Assembly: GCA_009602725.1 (NCBI GenBank)
Contig: WELB01000022.1
Location: 966,848-1,030,847 of the forward strand
Length of the DNA: 64,000 bases
Reading direction: 5' to 3'
DNA from: Spirogloea muscicola
Taxonomy: Eukaryota
Below the pieces are notes generated by a model. The model was not told the origin of the DNA and ran no database searches. It saw only the letters and a program-made list of their open reading frames with translations. Shown in pieces: positions 14,590-26,245 of this stretch (position 1 is its first letter; every line of letters starts with the position of its first letter). The position numbers and the translations under genes are program-made.

Positions 14590-15050
14590 TCCGCCCCTCC
14601 AGGGGAGGTCCTTGGGGCTAACCTCGTCACACCCTCGGGGGAGGGGTGGCAGATGGAATGCTATATGTATCGTCGCCTGTTTGGGAGAACCAAACGGTAC
14701 CGGTAAGCGGCAGCTTCACGCGCAACTTCACGCGCGCCACACGCCAGTCACGCGCTTCACGCGCCAGTCACGCGTGGCATGCGCCAGTCACGCGCAGCAT
14801 GCGCCAGTCCCCAGGACTCGTGTACCATTCGTCAGGCTCGCGCCACGCGAGCCTGCACCTTGCACGTCACGCGCCAGTCGTATTCCCATTGTGCGGGTCC
14901 GCTCCTCCCCGGGCTGGACCTCGGGGCTACCCTCGTCACACCCTCGGGGGAGGGGTGGCAGGCGGAACGCTATAAGTAGTAGGCCGAGGCCAGACTCCTC
15001 AGTCGGACCAGTGACGCCCAGAGAGGCACAGCCCTGCTTGCCTGGTGCCG
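14590..15050 (+). repeat. Partial chromovirus LTR (type A) with CACGCG/GCCAGTCACGCG repeats
   Basis: Highly similar to 18410-18760 and to the reverse complement of 44500-44888. TATA-like GCTATAAG at ~14969. Confidence 0.8.
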
Positions 15051-15949
15051 CAGCGTATGGCCCTGGTCAGTAGCACCTCGGTCTTCTCTACTTCGAGTGC
15101 AAGTCCATGGCTCTCCATAGCTGTTGATGATGTTATCACGGCTACGGGCTAAGTGGGTGTGCTGAGGCAGGGTTGGCGAATATTGTCAATGCCCCCTGCA
15201 GCACCCGCTGCCTGGAACTCTCTTCGCTGTATACTCTCTGCGGTGCCTACATATCAAACCCAAAATGCACTAGCCAGCTGAAGGCATCATTTGTTGGCAG
15301 CTTACACCTCGAGTGCACAGAGATACTCAGGCACATAGCTGGGCCAACGGCGCAATCTTCACTACTCAGCATGCGGGCTTACAGACAGACAACTCGAGCA
15401 GGACACAGAGCCACACCTGATCTCGTCTATTTTCGATGCAACTCTGTGTGAATGCTCATGTCTGCTATTGGTTGTCAAAAGGTGGACCTGGACGGGAATT
15501 CTTTGACCAGCATCCTGGCAAGCTGAGCCGGAAGGCTGTATCTGAAGACGTATTCTCACGTGATTCCAGCTTTGGCTGAATCTCTCACTGTGATGATGCG
15601 CACAGAGTCTCCCCCTGATTCTGCAAGTGTTGTATTCTCAACATGGTGTGACTCTTGACAATTGTCGTGCGGTGCACCCATCCTCTTCGTTCTGAAGTAG
15701 GCTGGTGTCTTTGGACGTGCATCGAGTATGAGCTCTAAACAAGCTCACTGTCAAGATAACATACCTTTTGCTTAGCATTGATGAGATGTGCACATTGCGG
15801 GAGCTTACGCGTATTGCTCCCCCGCTTTGCAAAGTGGTGATGACCATTTGCGTCTCACGCCTGAGGAAGTCCCGTATTTGGCTTGTTGTAGGCCGCTCGG
15901 CTACTTCTAATGCAAGATGTTCCGTTGTGGTTTCACCAAAAGCACTTGC

Positions 15950-18900
15950 CACGTGTCAAGTTGTGATGATGAAAGTCTTTGGCCCCCTACTGTGTCTCTC
16001 TGTGCTGGTTTACTTAGCAGATTGGTGTTCAGTAAAGCGCCTGAGGATCACGTACTGCACTTGTAGCATGTACTGCAATTGCTGCAAGCAAAGCAACCAT
16101 ATGGCAATCATGTGTATAACCAGCCGGAACATCTATAGGGCATGTTGTGAACGAATACAGGGTTCGCGTCAACCCCACCAAGTAGTAAAGAACTGTAGTA
16201 GTAAGTCTGCCACGGAGTGTGCCACAGTTGCGTCCTCCTTGGCAATTCGCAGACTACTTCCGTAAGTTCCTGCAAGTGAACGGAAGTATGGCATCTCCTT
16301 TTACGAAGCTCACTCGTCAGGACGTCAGCCAGGTGTGAAAGTCCGAATGCCACATAGCATTCGAGGATATCAAACGGGTCCTGGTGCATTCACCCGTTTT
16401 GGCCTTGCCTCGAGAAGGCGTGCCATTCGACGTAGTATGTGACGCCTCTTTGTTCGGCATCGGTGCCGTCCTCTTGCAGGAGGGTCACCCCGTAGCACTT
16501 GAAAGTCGCCTGGTCCGTCCTGCAGAGCGTAATTACACTACGGGGGAGCAAGAGCTCCTTGTTGTTGTGCACGCCATGCGTGTGTCGCAGTGCAGTCTCG
16601 AGGGTGTTGAATTTAGAATTTAGCAATTATTCGTTGTAACGGATAATTGCCCGTTGACCTACTTTCACGCACAACAGCACTTGAGCAGACGTCAAGCACA
16701 GTGGGCTAAGTGCATGGCCACATTCCGTTTCCAGTGGGTGTACCCCCTGAAGTATGAATGCTTTGGACTTAGCGAATCGCAACATTGCAGGGGCTGTTGT
16801 GGCGGCTGGCTTGCACGCTTCAGGGATTCCGAGCGCAGACGTGCGGCGTACTCGTGGAGCTGCTCGGCAGTCCACCGCCAACCTCTCTGAGCTGTATGTG
16901 TGTATTCGTGAAGGGTATGGCACAGACCCATGATTTGCAGATGAAACCAAATAAATGCACCCTAGTAAATGACCAAGGCTTCTGGTGGCGAGTGATGCCG
17001 TTGTAGTCCCCGACTGCAATGCCTTGCGCAGCAGTATCTACAAGAGCTGCATGAGCCTCCGTACAGTGGTCATTAGGGTATGGGAAAGACAAAGAAGGCT
17101 ATCCAGCTTCTCTTTTGGTGGCCGGACTCAAGAGTCCAAGTGACGTTTTCTGTTAGATTTGTGCCACCTGCCAGCACAGTAAGGCACGCACTTATAAGCC
17201 TGCCGGGTTGCTCCAAGCGTTAGAGATTCCTACGAGGAACTGGTATGATAAAAGTGTGGATTTCATCACCCACTTGCCGATGCCGCGGAAAGGCTATGAC
17301 GCCATTTGTCGTATTTGTGGATCGTCTGAGTGAAACGGCGCATTCTGTGCCTACGACCACAACGGTGTCGGCCAAGGAATTCGCTGGTCTATTTGTGGCT
17401 CGAATATGGACATTGCACGGAGTGCTCGAGCGAATTGTGTCTGATCGCGACCATCGCTTCATCGGTTACTTCTGGCGTGAAGTGTGCAGGCTGATTGGCA
17501 CCCAGCACTCCATGTCCACGGCTTTCCACCCCCAACCAGATGGTCAGATGGAAAGGATGATTCGGGTTTTGCTGGGACATGTTAAGGCACTTTGTAAACC
17601 CCAGCCAGACTGACTGGGATGAGTATCTTGCTCCAGCAGAGTACAGCTGTGATCAACGCCTCCCATAGTCCCACCAAAACGACGCCCTTCTTCCTTAATT
17701 ATGGACAGCATCCCCCATCACTGTCACAGGTGCGGAGGCCGGAACGTGTGCCGGCCGCAGTAAGTTGTACCGGCAACCTCCTGGAAGCTCACCGGAGGGC
17801 TAAGCAATGCTTGGAGATTGCCCAGCAACGGCGAAAGCAGTATGCTGATCGACGTCGTCGTGATATATCCTTCGACGTGGGTGCTCAAGTGCATTTAAGC
17901 ACACAGCATCTCTCCATGCGGGATGTAGGCACGCATAAGTTGCTGCCAACGTGGTTGGACCCTTTTGTGTAGTGCGCCTGGTCGGCAAGGTCGCATATGA
18001 GCTGGATACTCCGATATGATGAAAAGTCCACAGAGTGTTCCATGTGTCCCAGCTCGAGCCATTCCATGCGGATGGTCGTGTTCAACCTCCCCCACCTCCC
18101 CTTGTCGTTGCGGATAAGGAAGAGTATGAGGTGGAGGAGATCTTGTCTCACTGCGACAATCTCCGTGGGCGACGTAAGTCCCGAGAGTAGTTTGTATAGT
18201 GGTTAGGCTACGGGCCTGGACACAATACGTTAGAACTCTCGGCCAATCTAGCCAATTGTCCATCCGTTCTACGTAAGTATCTTCTACAGGGGCATGTCAC
18301 CCCCTTGCGTCGTAGTATTGGACGCACCCGTCGGAAGTAATCTCTTCGAATTGTTTCCTCCATACCGTGTCCATGTTCCCGAAGACGTGAACATCTAAGT
18401 GGGGAGGAATGGTACGTTTCCCCCTGTTTGGGAGAATCAACGGTACCGGTTAGCGGCTTCACACGCGGCATCACGCGTGCCACACGCCAGTCACGCGCTT
18501 CACACATCAGTCACGCGCGGCACGCGCCAGTCCCCAGGACTCGTGTATCATTCGTCAGGCTCGCGCCACGCGAGCCCGCACCTTGCACGTCACGCGCCAG
18601 TCGTATCCCCAGTGTGCGGGTCCGCTCCTCCGGGGGCCGGGGCTACCCTCGTCACACGCTCGGGAGAGGGGTGGCAGGTCGAACGCTATAAGTAGTAGCC
18701 CGAGGCCAGACTCCTCAGTCGGACCAGTGACGCCCAGAGAGAGGCGCAGCCTGCTTGCCTGCTGCCGCAGCCGCCGCCCCAGCCCTGTTGCTGCTGTCTG
18801 CTGCAAAGCCCGTCGCCGCAGCCCGTCGCCCGGACATCGCCGGCTCTCCGTAAGTGCCATGGTTGCATTCCATCCGGGGACAGCTACCAGACCAGGAGAG
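15950..18900 (+). mobile_element. Degenerate Ty3/Gypsy chromovirus (RT, RNase H, integrase, chromodomain, 3' LTR type A from ~18410)
   Basis: [42 protein letters not shown] and YEVEEIL; polypurine tract AAGTGGGGAGG near 18397-18407; many stops and frameshifts. Confidence 0.9.
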
Positions 18901-18959
18901 CTACTCTCATTATACTACATGGGCCACTCACAGCCCTCGCCCAAATTGATAGTTTTCGC

Positions 18960-19235
18960 CATTGACTGAAAGGGTCTTCCTGCAGAGGGCCGAGAGGCGC
19001 CACTTACACAACTATGTGAGAGACTACAGCGAATGAACACTCAGTAACCCAGAGTGAGCAGTCGAGGTAGCTTGCAGCTGGAAAAGAGGCACCCCGACGA
19101 GACCCACGAGTAGCGGCGAAAACGCGGCCTGCCCACAACTGCACTGCATGGGCTTGGGACTGTTGGAAGGAAATGGGTAGCCGCATGCGGAACACCTGAG
19201 CAAGCGACACAGCGCATGTGAATTCGGGGAGCGCC
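18960..19235 (-). mobile_element. CRE-like 3' end fragment
   Basis: SLAQVFRMRLPISFQQSQAHAV followed by TGCTCACTCTGGGTTACTGAG. Confidence 0.7.
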
Positions 19236-19799
19236 TGTAACGATCCAGCCGTTTGGTCAAGCCACACGGTGCTGTTAGCGTAACGTGACCGGTTGCCGGT
19301 TGTCGGCAAGTGGCCCGCCAGGTGCAGCTGGCTGGCCGGGCAAGTGGCCCACCCAGGTGCGGGCCCCGCCCGTCCTAAAGTACCCCTCGCCAGGATCCAG
19401 CCATTCGAGGGATGACATTTGGGCCCGCCGCAGGGGCGACCCGCTCACAACCCTGGAGGCGGGGTGGCACGGGGAAGCACTACGAGCCTTGGGCTGAGAC
19501 CCGACATCAGTTCGGATTGGTGAAGCCCGAGAGCAGCCTTGCTGCTGCCTGCCGTCGCAGCCGCCACCATACCCTGCTGCGGGGCTTGCTGCGGGGAGTC
19601 CGTAGCTGCGCCCCTTGGGGGACAGCCGCTGGCTTGCGCCCAGGAGGTGTACTCGCCGCCAAGCGGCGGCGCTGCAGGGCCTGTCTTTTGCTGCGCCTGT
19701 GCGCGAGTGCTTTGCCGTTAGTGGGTTGGTCCCTAAACACAACCGAACATAAGAAGGACGACTCACCCTAAGTGCTGGTGTAGGGAAAATTTATATACA
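19236..19799 (+). repeat. Solo LTR (type B)
   Basis: Begins TGTAACGATCCAGCCGTTTG and is similar to 31126-31577 and 48353-48906. Confidence 0.85.
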
Positions 19800-19805
19800 G
19801 GTCGT

Positions 19806-20590
19806 GTAATGACCCTGACCCTTAAGAGCACAGTCAGGGGTCAGTGGGTCCTCATTGATTTCGGTCGCTGGGTTGAGACGAACCACCAGCACGGTGAAGC
19901 ACCACGTGATATATACAGCGGAAGTCTCGGCCTGAGGCGCTGCCGACGGGCAGCGACTCACCTCACAGGTACGGGTCTGCCACTGTCCCCAAAGGAGCAG
20001 TCACAGTCTTACTCACAGAGAGCCGACGAAGGTCCGCGATGACGGGATGCAGCGACGGGCTGCAGCAGCAGGCAGCAGCAGGGCTGCGTCGGCGGGCTGC
20101 GGCAGCAGGCGGCCGGCTGCAGCAGGGCTGCGCCTCCCTCTCGCGGGCTTTACTGATGTTGACCGGGTGCCCCGAGTCAGCTCTCAGCCCTACTTGTAAT
20201 GCTTCATGTGCCACCCTCCCCAGGAGTCTCTAGGAGGCTCGTCACAAGGCCCACCTTCGAGAAGGCGGGCCCCACAAGGGGATCCTGGTGCGAGGGCAGG
20301 CCACGCGGCTCCCTTCTGGACGCGGCGGCCGTCCTGCAGCGCCGGCGTGCGGCGCCGCCAGTGGGTCATGGGTGTGGCGCGGCGTCACGGGCGCGCCACA
20401 AGTGTCACATACACGCAATTTCGATTATGGCAGATTCAGGAATTTGCCGAGGAGCTCCGCTCCAGGATTCTGCTGTAGGCGGCGCGCCGGCACGTCATAT
20501 CGCCAGCAGACGCGTCACACCGCGCGACACCTCGCGCGTCGCTCTCGCGCGTTACATGCGCGTCGCACGCGTCAGTCGCGTGTGCGTCAG
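19806..20590 (-). repeat. LTR type C, interrupted at 20590
   Basis: Reverse complement of ~35920-36699. Confidence 0.85.
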
Positions 20591-23500
20591 TGTAAGGAAC
20601 CTCGCCCTACACACGCAGTTAGGGTGAGCAGTCCTTCTTGAGTTCGGCTGTAGGGGCTTAGGGACCAACCCACTACACAGGCAAAGCACTAGCGCATAGG
20701 CGCAGCGGAAGACAGGCCCCGTGGCGCCGCCGTCCGGCGGCGACTCCACCTCCTGGGCGCAGGCCGGCGCAGCAGGCCCCGCAGCAAGGTGCGGCGGCGG
20801 CTGCGGCGGCGAGCAGCGGCAAGGTTGCTCCTGGGCTTCACCGGCTCGAACTCCTCCCGAGCCTCAGCCCCCAAGGCTCTTCGTGCTTCCCCGTGCCACC
20901 TGCCCTCCAGGGGTGTGAGCGGGTCGCCCCAAGGCCTGCCCTTGCGGGCGGGCCCAAGATCCTCCCTTGAACGGGCGGATCAGACGGATCAGCGAGGGAT
21001 CAGACGGATCAGCGAGGGACAGAGTATATTTCTGGACGGGCGGGTCACTTGCCCGGCAAGCCAGCCCGCCACCTGGCGGGCCCACTTGTCCCAAATAGCC
21101 GGTCATGTAATGCCAACAGAGCCATGTGGCTTAACCAAACGGCTGGATCATTACATACCTCCCCACTCTGGTGTTCACGTCCTCGGGAACAACGAGAAAA
21201 CAGCCGACAGGTATTAATATGCCCGACGGCTGCTGCCTCTACCAAGCCCAGGAGTATTACCACCCTTGGCCAGGTATTCCCTGAGAGCATCTGGACAATT
21301 TGCCAAATTGGCCGCAGGCTCCCACGTGTTGTGCTCAGGCCCATACCCGAGGCACTTCACCAGATACTCACGGGTCTTACGCCCTCGAGGCTTGTCCCTG
21401 TGAGACAAGATCTCTTCCACCTCAAACTCAAGATCATCCTCGATGACTAGTGGAGGTGGGGGCCGTTGGACACGACCATCCGAAAGGAAGGCCCGCAGTT
21501 GAGACACATGGAAGACGTAATGGACCTTCCAATGCACCGGTGTCTTCAACTCGTAGGACACCTTGCCCACGAGGCGTACTACTGCAAATGGTCCAACCCA
21601 TTTGGGCAGCAACTTGCGCGTACCCACAGCCCGCAAGGATAAGTGCTTCGTGCTCAGCAGCACTTGCGCACCTACATCGAAGGACACGTCCTTCCGATGT
21701 TTGTCAGCATAAGCCTTCTGGCGACTCTGGGCAATTTCCAAGAAATGTCGAGCTCGTCTCTGAGCCTCCAAGAGGGTCCCAGTAGAGGCTACCGCGGCGG
21801 GAACTCATTCCGGCCTCCCCACCTGAAGTGGAGCTCGGGGATGCTGACCATAGTTGAGGAAGAATGGAGTCTCTTTGGTGGACACATGATAGGCATTGTT
21901 CACAGCATATTCAGCTGGAGCCAAATAGTCATCCCAGTCAGTCTGGCTAGAATTGACAAAGTGCCTCAACATGTCCTCAAGAACTCGATTCATTCGCTCA
22001 GTTTGGCCATCCGTTTGTGGATGAAAGGCTGTGGACATGGACTGCTTCGTGCCAATGAGCTTGCAGACTTCTTTCCAGAAGTGACCTGTAGAGCGAGGAT
22101 CGCGGTCCGAGACCAGCCTCTCAGGTATTCCATGTAGCTTCCACACCTTAACCACAAAGATGCCAGCGAAATCCTTCGCCGATGCCCGCGTAGTAGTGAG
22201 AGCAAAATGCACCATTTTACTCAGGCGATCCACAAAGACGACAATGGCATCATAGCCGTTCCGCGTCTTAGGCAATTGTGTGATAAACTCCACACTTACA
22301 TCAGACCAATTCCGATCCGGAATCTGCAAGGGCTGAAGTAATCCGGCAGGCTTGCCAAAGATTGCCTTACTACGCTGGCATGTGGCACAGCTTGCCACAA
22401 AAGCGCGCACCTGGGCTGAAAGCCCTTCCACCAAAAGAGGCGTCGCACAGCCTGTTTGGTTTTGCTCACTCTCAAATGACCACTGTAAGGCGTATCATGC
22501 AGCTCCTGCATTATGTCTGTGCGCAAGGCATTGCAGTTCGGGACCGCAATAGCGTCACCTTGCCACCAGAAGCCTTTGTCATCAGTGAGGGTGCTTACGT
22601 TGGTGGCTTCCGCAAACCATGGGTCTGTGTCATACCTTTTACGGATACGCACGTAGAGCTCAGAGAGCTCAGCCGTGGTGTGCTGAGAAGCTTGACGAGT
22701 CGGACGCAATCCTGCAGCCCGCACTCCAGAAGCATTCAAGGAAGCCAACGCATCAGCGCCGCGAATGTTGCGACTCACAGGGTCTGCAACATTAAGACGT
22801 CCAGGGCGATAAACCCACTGGAAATCGAATTTTGCCATGCACTCAGCCCGTCGAGCTTGACGCCTAGTCAAATGCTGCTGCGTGTGGAAATATGTCAACG
22901 GGCAATGATCCGTGACAACCGTAAATGCCACACCTTCCAGGTAGCAACGCCAGACGCGTAAGGCGTGCACCACAGCCAGCAATTCCTGCTCGTCCGTAGT
23001 GTAATTTCGCTCTGCAGGAATCAGCAGGCGACTCTCAAACGCTAACGGGTGACCCTCTTGCAAGAGCACGGCACCAATGCCGGTCAAAGAGGCAGCGCAG
23101 ACGAGTTCATATGGCACGCCTTCACGAGGAAGGCCAGCACAGGCGGAGATGTCAACGCCTGCTGTATTCCCTCAAATGCCCTCTGGCATTCGGACGACCA
23201 ATCCCAAGGTACGTCCTTACGAGTCAGCTTCGTAAGAGGAAGTGCCAAGTTCACATAGCCTTGTAGGAAATTTCGGAAATAATTTGCGAATCCCAAAAAG
23301 GAGCGCAATTGAGGCACAGTGGCACAGGCCAATCCCGTACGACCGAAGTCTTTTTGGGGTCGACACGTATGCCGTCTTTGCCCACGACATGCCCGAGGTA
23401 TGTCAGCTCTGGCTGGTTAAATGTGCACTTGGACCGCTTGGCAAACAATCGATTTTCACGCAGCAACTGCAGCACTTGGCGCAGGTGCTTCACGTGATCC

Positions 23501-26245
23501 TCAGGCGTTTTGCTGAACACCAGTATGTCATCCAAGTAAACCAGCACAAAATGGTAGAGCAGGGGGCCAAAGACCCTCGACATCACCGCCTGGAACGTAG
23601 CCGGTGCGTTGGTCAAACCAAAGCTCAGCACCTTGAATTGAAAATGTCCAATCGGCGTACGGAACGCCGACTTCGGAACATCCGCAGGCGTGATTCGAAT
23701 TTGGTGATACCCACTTGCCAGGTCCAGGGAGCTAAACACCGTAGCCCCTGCAAGCCAATCGAACAGATCATCTATCCGAGGCAATGGGTATCGGTTCTTG
23801 ATAGTAAGCTTATTCAGAGCCCGATAATCAATGCACATCCGTAGAGTGCCATCCTTCTTTTTGACAAAGAGGATAGGTGCTCCATATGGCGACTGAGATG
23901 GCTCAATGTAGCCCTTCGCCAGCAGGTCCTCGACCTGGGATTGCATTTCTCGAAATTCGAGAGGGCTCAGCCGGTACATGGGACGGAAAGGCGGGTTGGC
24001 GCCTGGCTCCAATGGGATTGTATGAGCCACACCTCGGTGAGGAGGTAGACCGTCCGGAAGAGAGTCGGGAAACACATCCGCAAATTCTTCCAGCAGCTTA
24101 TCAAGAACCCCGCCATGTGAATCCGCAGCATTCACACATAAGTCAGGCTTAGACTCGTCGTTAAACGCCACCATAACAAGAAATGCCATCTGGACAGTGT
24201 TCTTATGAATCAATCGCTTCATCTGCATGGCGGACGGCAGATTGGAAGCCCCTGCCGCCAGCGGCGGTGCATAGGGAAGCTGCTTGCAAAGGACAAAGCG
24301 CCGTGCGCCACGTTGTACCGTGCAAGTATGGCGTTCGAAATCAAGACATGCTGATGTGGCGCAAAGCCAGTCATCTCCCAATATCACATCAAAGGCGACA
24401 GTCAACGCAATGGCATAGCAAGGCACCTCGGCTTTGTATTGCTCGATGCGAATGGGAACCTTGCACAGGCCTGACACATCAGTTGGGTGGCCATCGGCTA
24501 ATGTCACTCTAGGCAGGCCATCTGCTTGCAAATGCAAGCCAGTGGAGCACACCAAATCCCTTTTGACGAAGGACACTGAGGCCCCTGAGTCTATGAGGAT
24601 CCTAGCTGGTGCCGCAGCAACCAGCCCCTCAATAAGCATTGTGTGTCCCCCATGGACACTGCCAAGGAATGGGGTGCGAGCGACATATACCCTGACCGCT
24701 GTCGGGTAAGGCCTCAGCCGAGTGGCATCAACACTGCGCCCAAGGAGCCTGTGTCCCGCCTCGTGCGAGCACAGCAGCGACATCCCCAGCGGAGCTTGAT
24801 CAATCACGCCGCGCTTCTGTGGCACAATGAAGAACAGCATTTCTTCAGGCCGACGGCACTCAGGCCAGCTCAGATAGACATCTGCAGCCTCTTGCAAGTC
24901 ATTGTGGGCAACCCACACAAATAGAGGCCCTCCGGCCTCCAGACCTTGCAGTAAAGCAGAAATGGAGCGCACAACCGGTATGTTGGTTGACGGGCCAGCA
25001 ATGCCAGCAAGATCAAACAGCTCAAGTGCGTCTGGCTGAATGAGATGGCTTGCAGAGGCAGGGGTCAAGCACTCACGCTTGCCCTTGGAATTGCCCTGGT
25101 CCCGGCCCATAGGGCGCTGTGGACGTGGCCGTGAGGAAGAGGGACCTGCCGCCGGGCAGTCCCTGAGCTGATGGCTCTTGGCACCGCACTTGAAGCAGCC
25201 AGCGCCTTCCACCCGCGGCTTGGGGAAGTCGCCTTGAGGTCGAGCGTTCAAGCCGTGCCTCGGGTCGAACCGCTTCTTGCTTCGTTCTGCATCAAAGCCG
25301 CCTGCCTCCAGCAGGGGACGCTTGCTTGGACCGCAATGTCCGGCGTGCTGAGCACCTTGCGGGCGTGCTCCACCATCTTGGTGAAGTCCGTGACCGGTTG
25401 TGCCGTTGCGGAATCCACCGCGACCCAATTGCGAAAACGAGAAGGCAGTCCAGCCTTAAATCGCTGGCATTGGTCGATTGGCTTCATCGGCTCGCTGCGT
25501 AGCTTGGACAGCAGCAGCCGGAATCGCCGCACATAGGGCTCAAAGCCCTCGCTTCCCTCGCCCCTCATGCGGAGAGCATCCAGCTCATCGCGGGCGCGCA
25601 GCTCTGCGTGTGGGTCGCCATACGCCGACATAAGCGAGCTGCAGAAGAAGTCCCAGCCACCGGACTCCTCGGGCGTAGCGCTCTTCCTCAACGTGTTCCA
25701 CCACTCCCGGGGCTCCCCTGAGAGGTAAGTGGCAGCGAGGCGCACGCGTGCCCCCGCGTCCGTGTTGGAGCAGACGAACCATTCGTCCATCTCGTCCAGC
25801 CATGGCTGCAACCCTCCCCGATCATCGTGACCGGAGAATTGGCGGGGTGCATGGGCCCTAGCAAGTCCATGCTCAGGGTTGCCACTGCTCTTGCGCATCA
25901 AGTGCAACGAGGCATCCACCTCTTGCATGCGCCGCTCTTCAGCGCGCTGCCGGACGAGGAGGGCGCGCTGCTCCGCGCAGATCCTCGCAAGAAGGCGATG
26001 TTGAGCTGGGTCCGTCGTTGACTGGGCTGCTGCCAGATCCCGAGTGAGGAGTGCAACGCGTTGCAAGTCCCCAGCCGACAAGCCCTCCTGGCCTCCGGCT
26101 CCCAGCTCGACGTGCCCCTCGTGGGCGTGCCCCTCGTGGGCGTGCCCCTCGTGGGCGTGCCCCTCGTGGGCGTGCTCTGCAGCAGCCACTGCCACAGCAG
26201 CTGGCCCTGCAGCAGCCGCTGCCCCAGCAGCCGACCGCTCTACCT
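20591..26245 (-). mobile_element. Ty3/Gypsy chromovirus, near-complete gag-pol with few frameshifts, 3' LTR type B (20591-21153), no 5' LTR
   Basis: Gag (AATYLSGEPREWW), [14 protein letters not shown] knuckle, LIDSGAS protease, YLDD RT, RNase H, integrase (SDRD, TDGQTERMN), KWVGPF, and chromodomain FEVEEILSH..EYLVKCLGY..NTWEP. Confidence 0.97.
26112..26173. repeat. 15-bp tandem repeat (CGTGCCCCTCGTGGG x4) encoding HAHEG in the Gag N-terminus
   Basis: Directly visible, in frame with ORF 25248-26195. Confidence 0.9.

Noticed and set aside
26112..26173. His-rich metal-binding protein
   Set aside because: Simple 15-bp expansion in the low-complexity Gag N-terminus.
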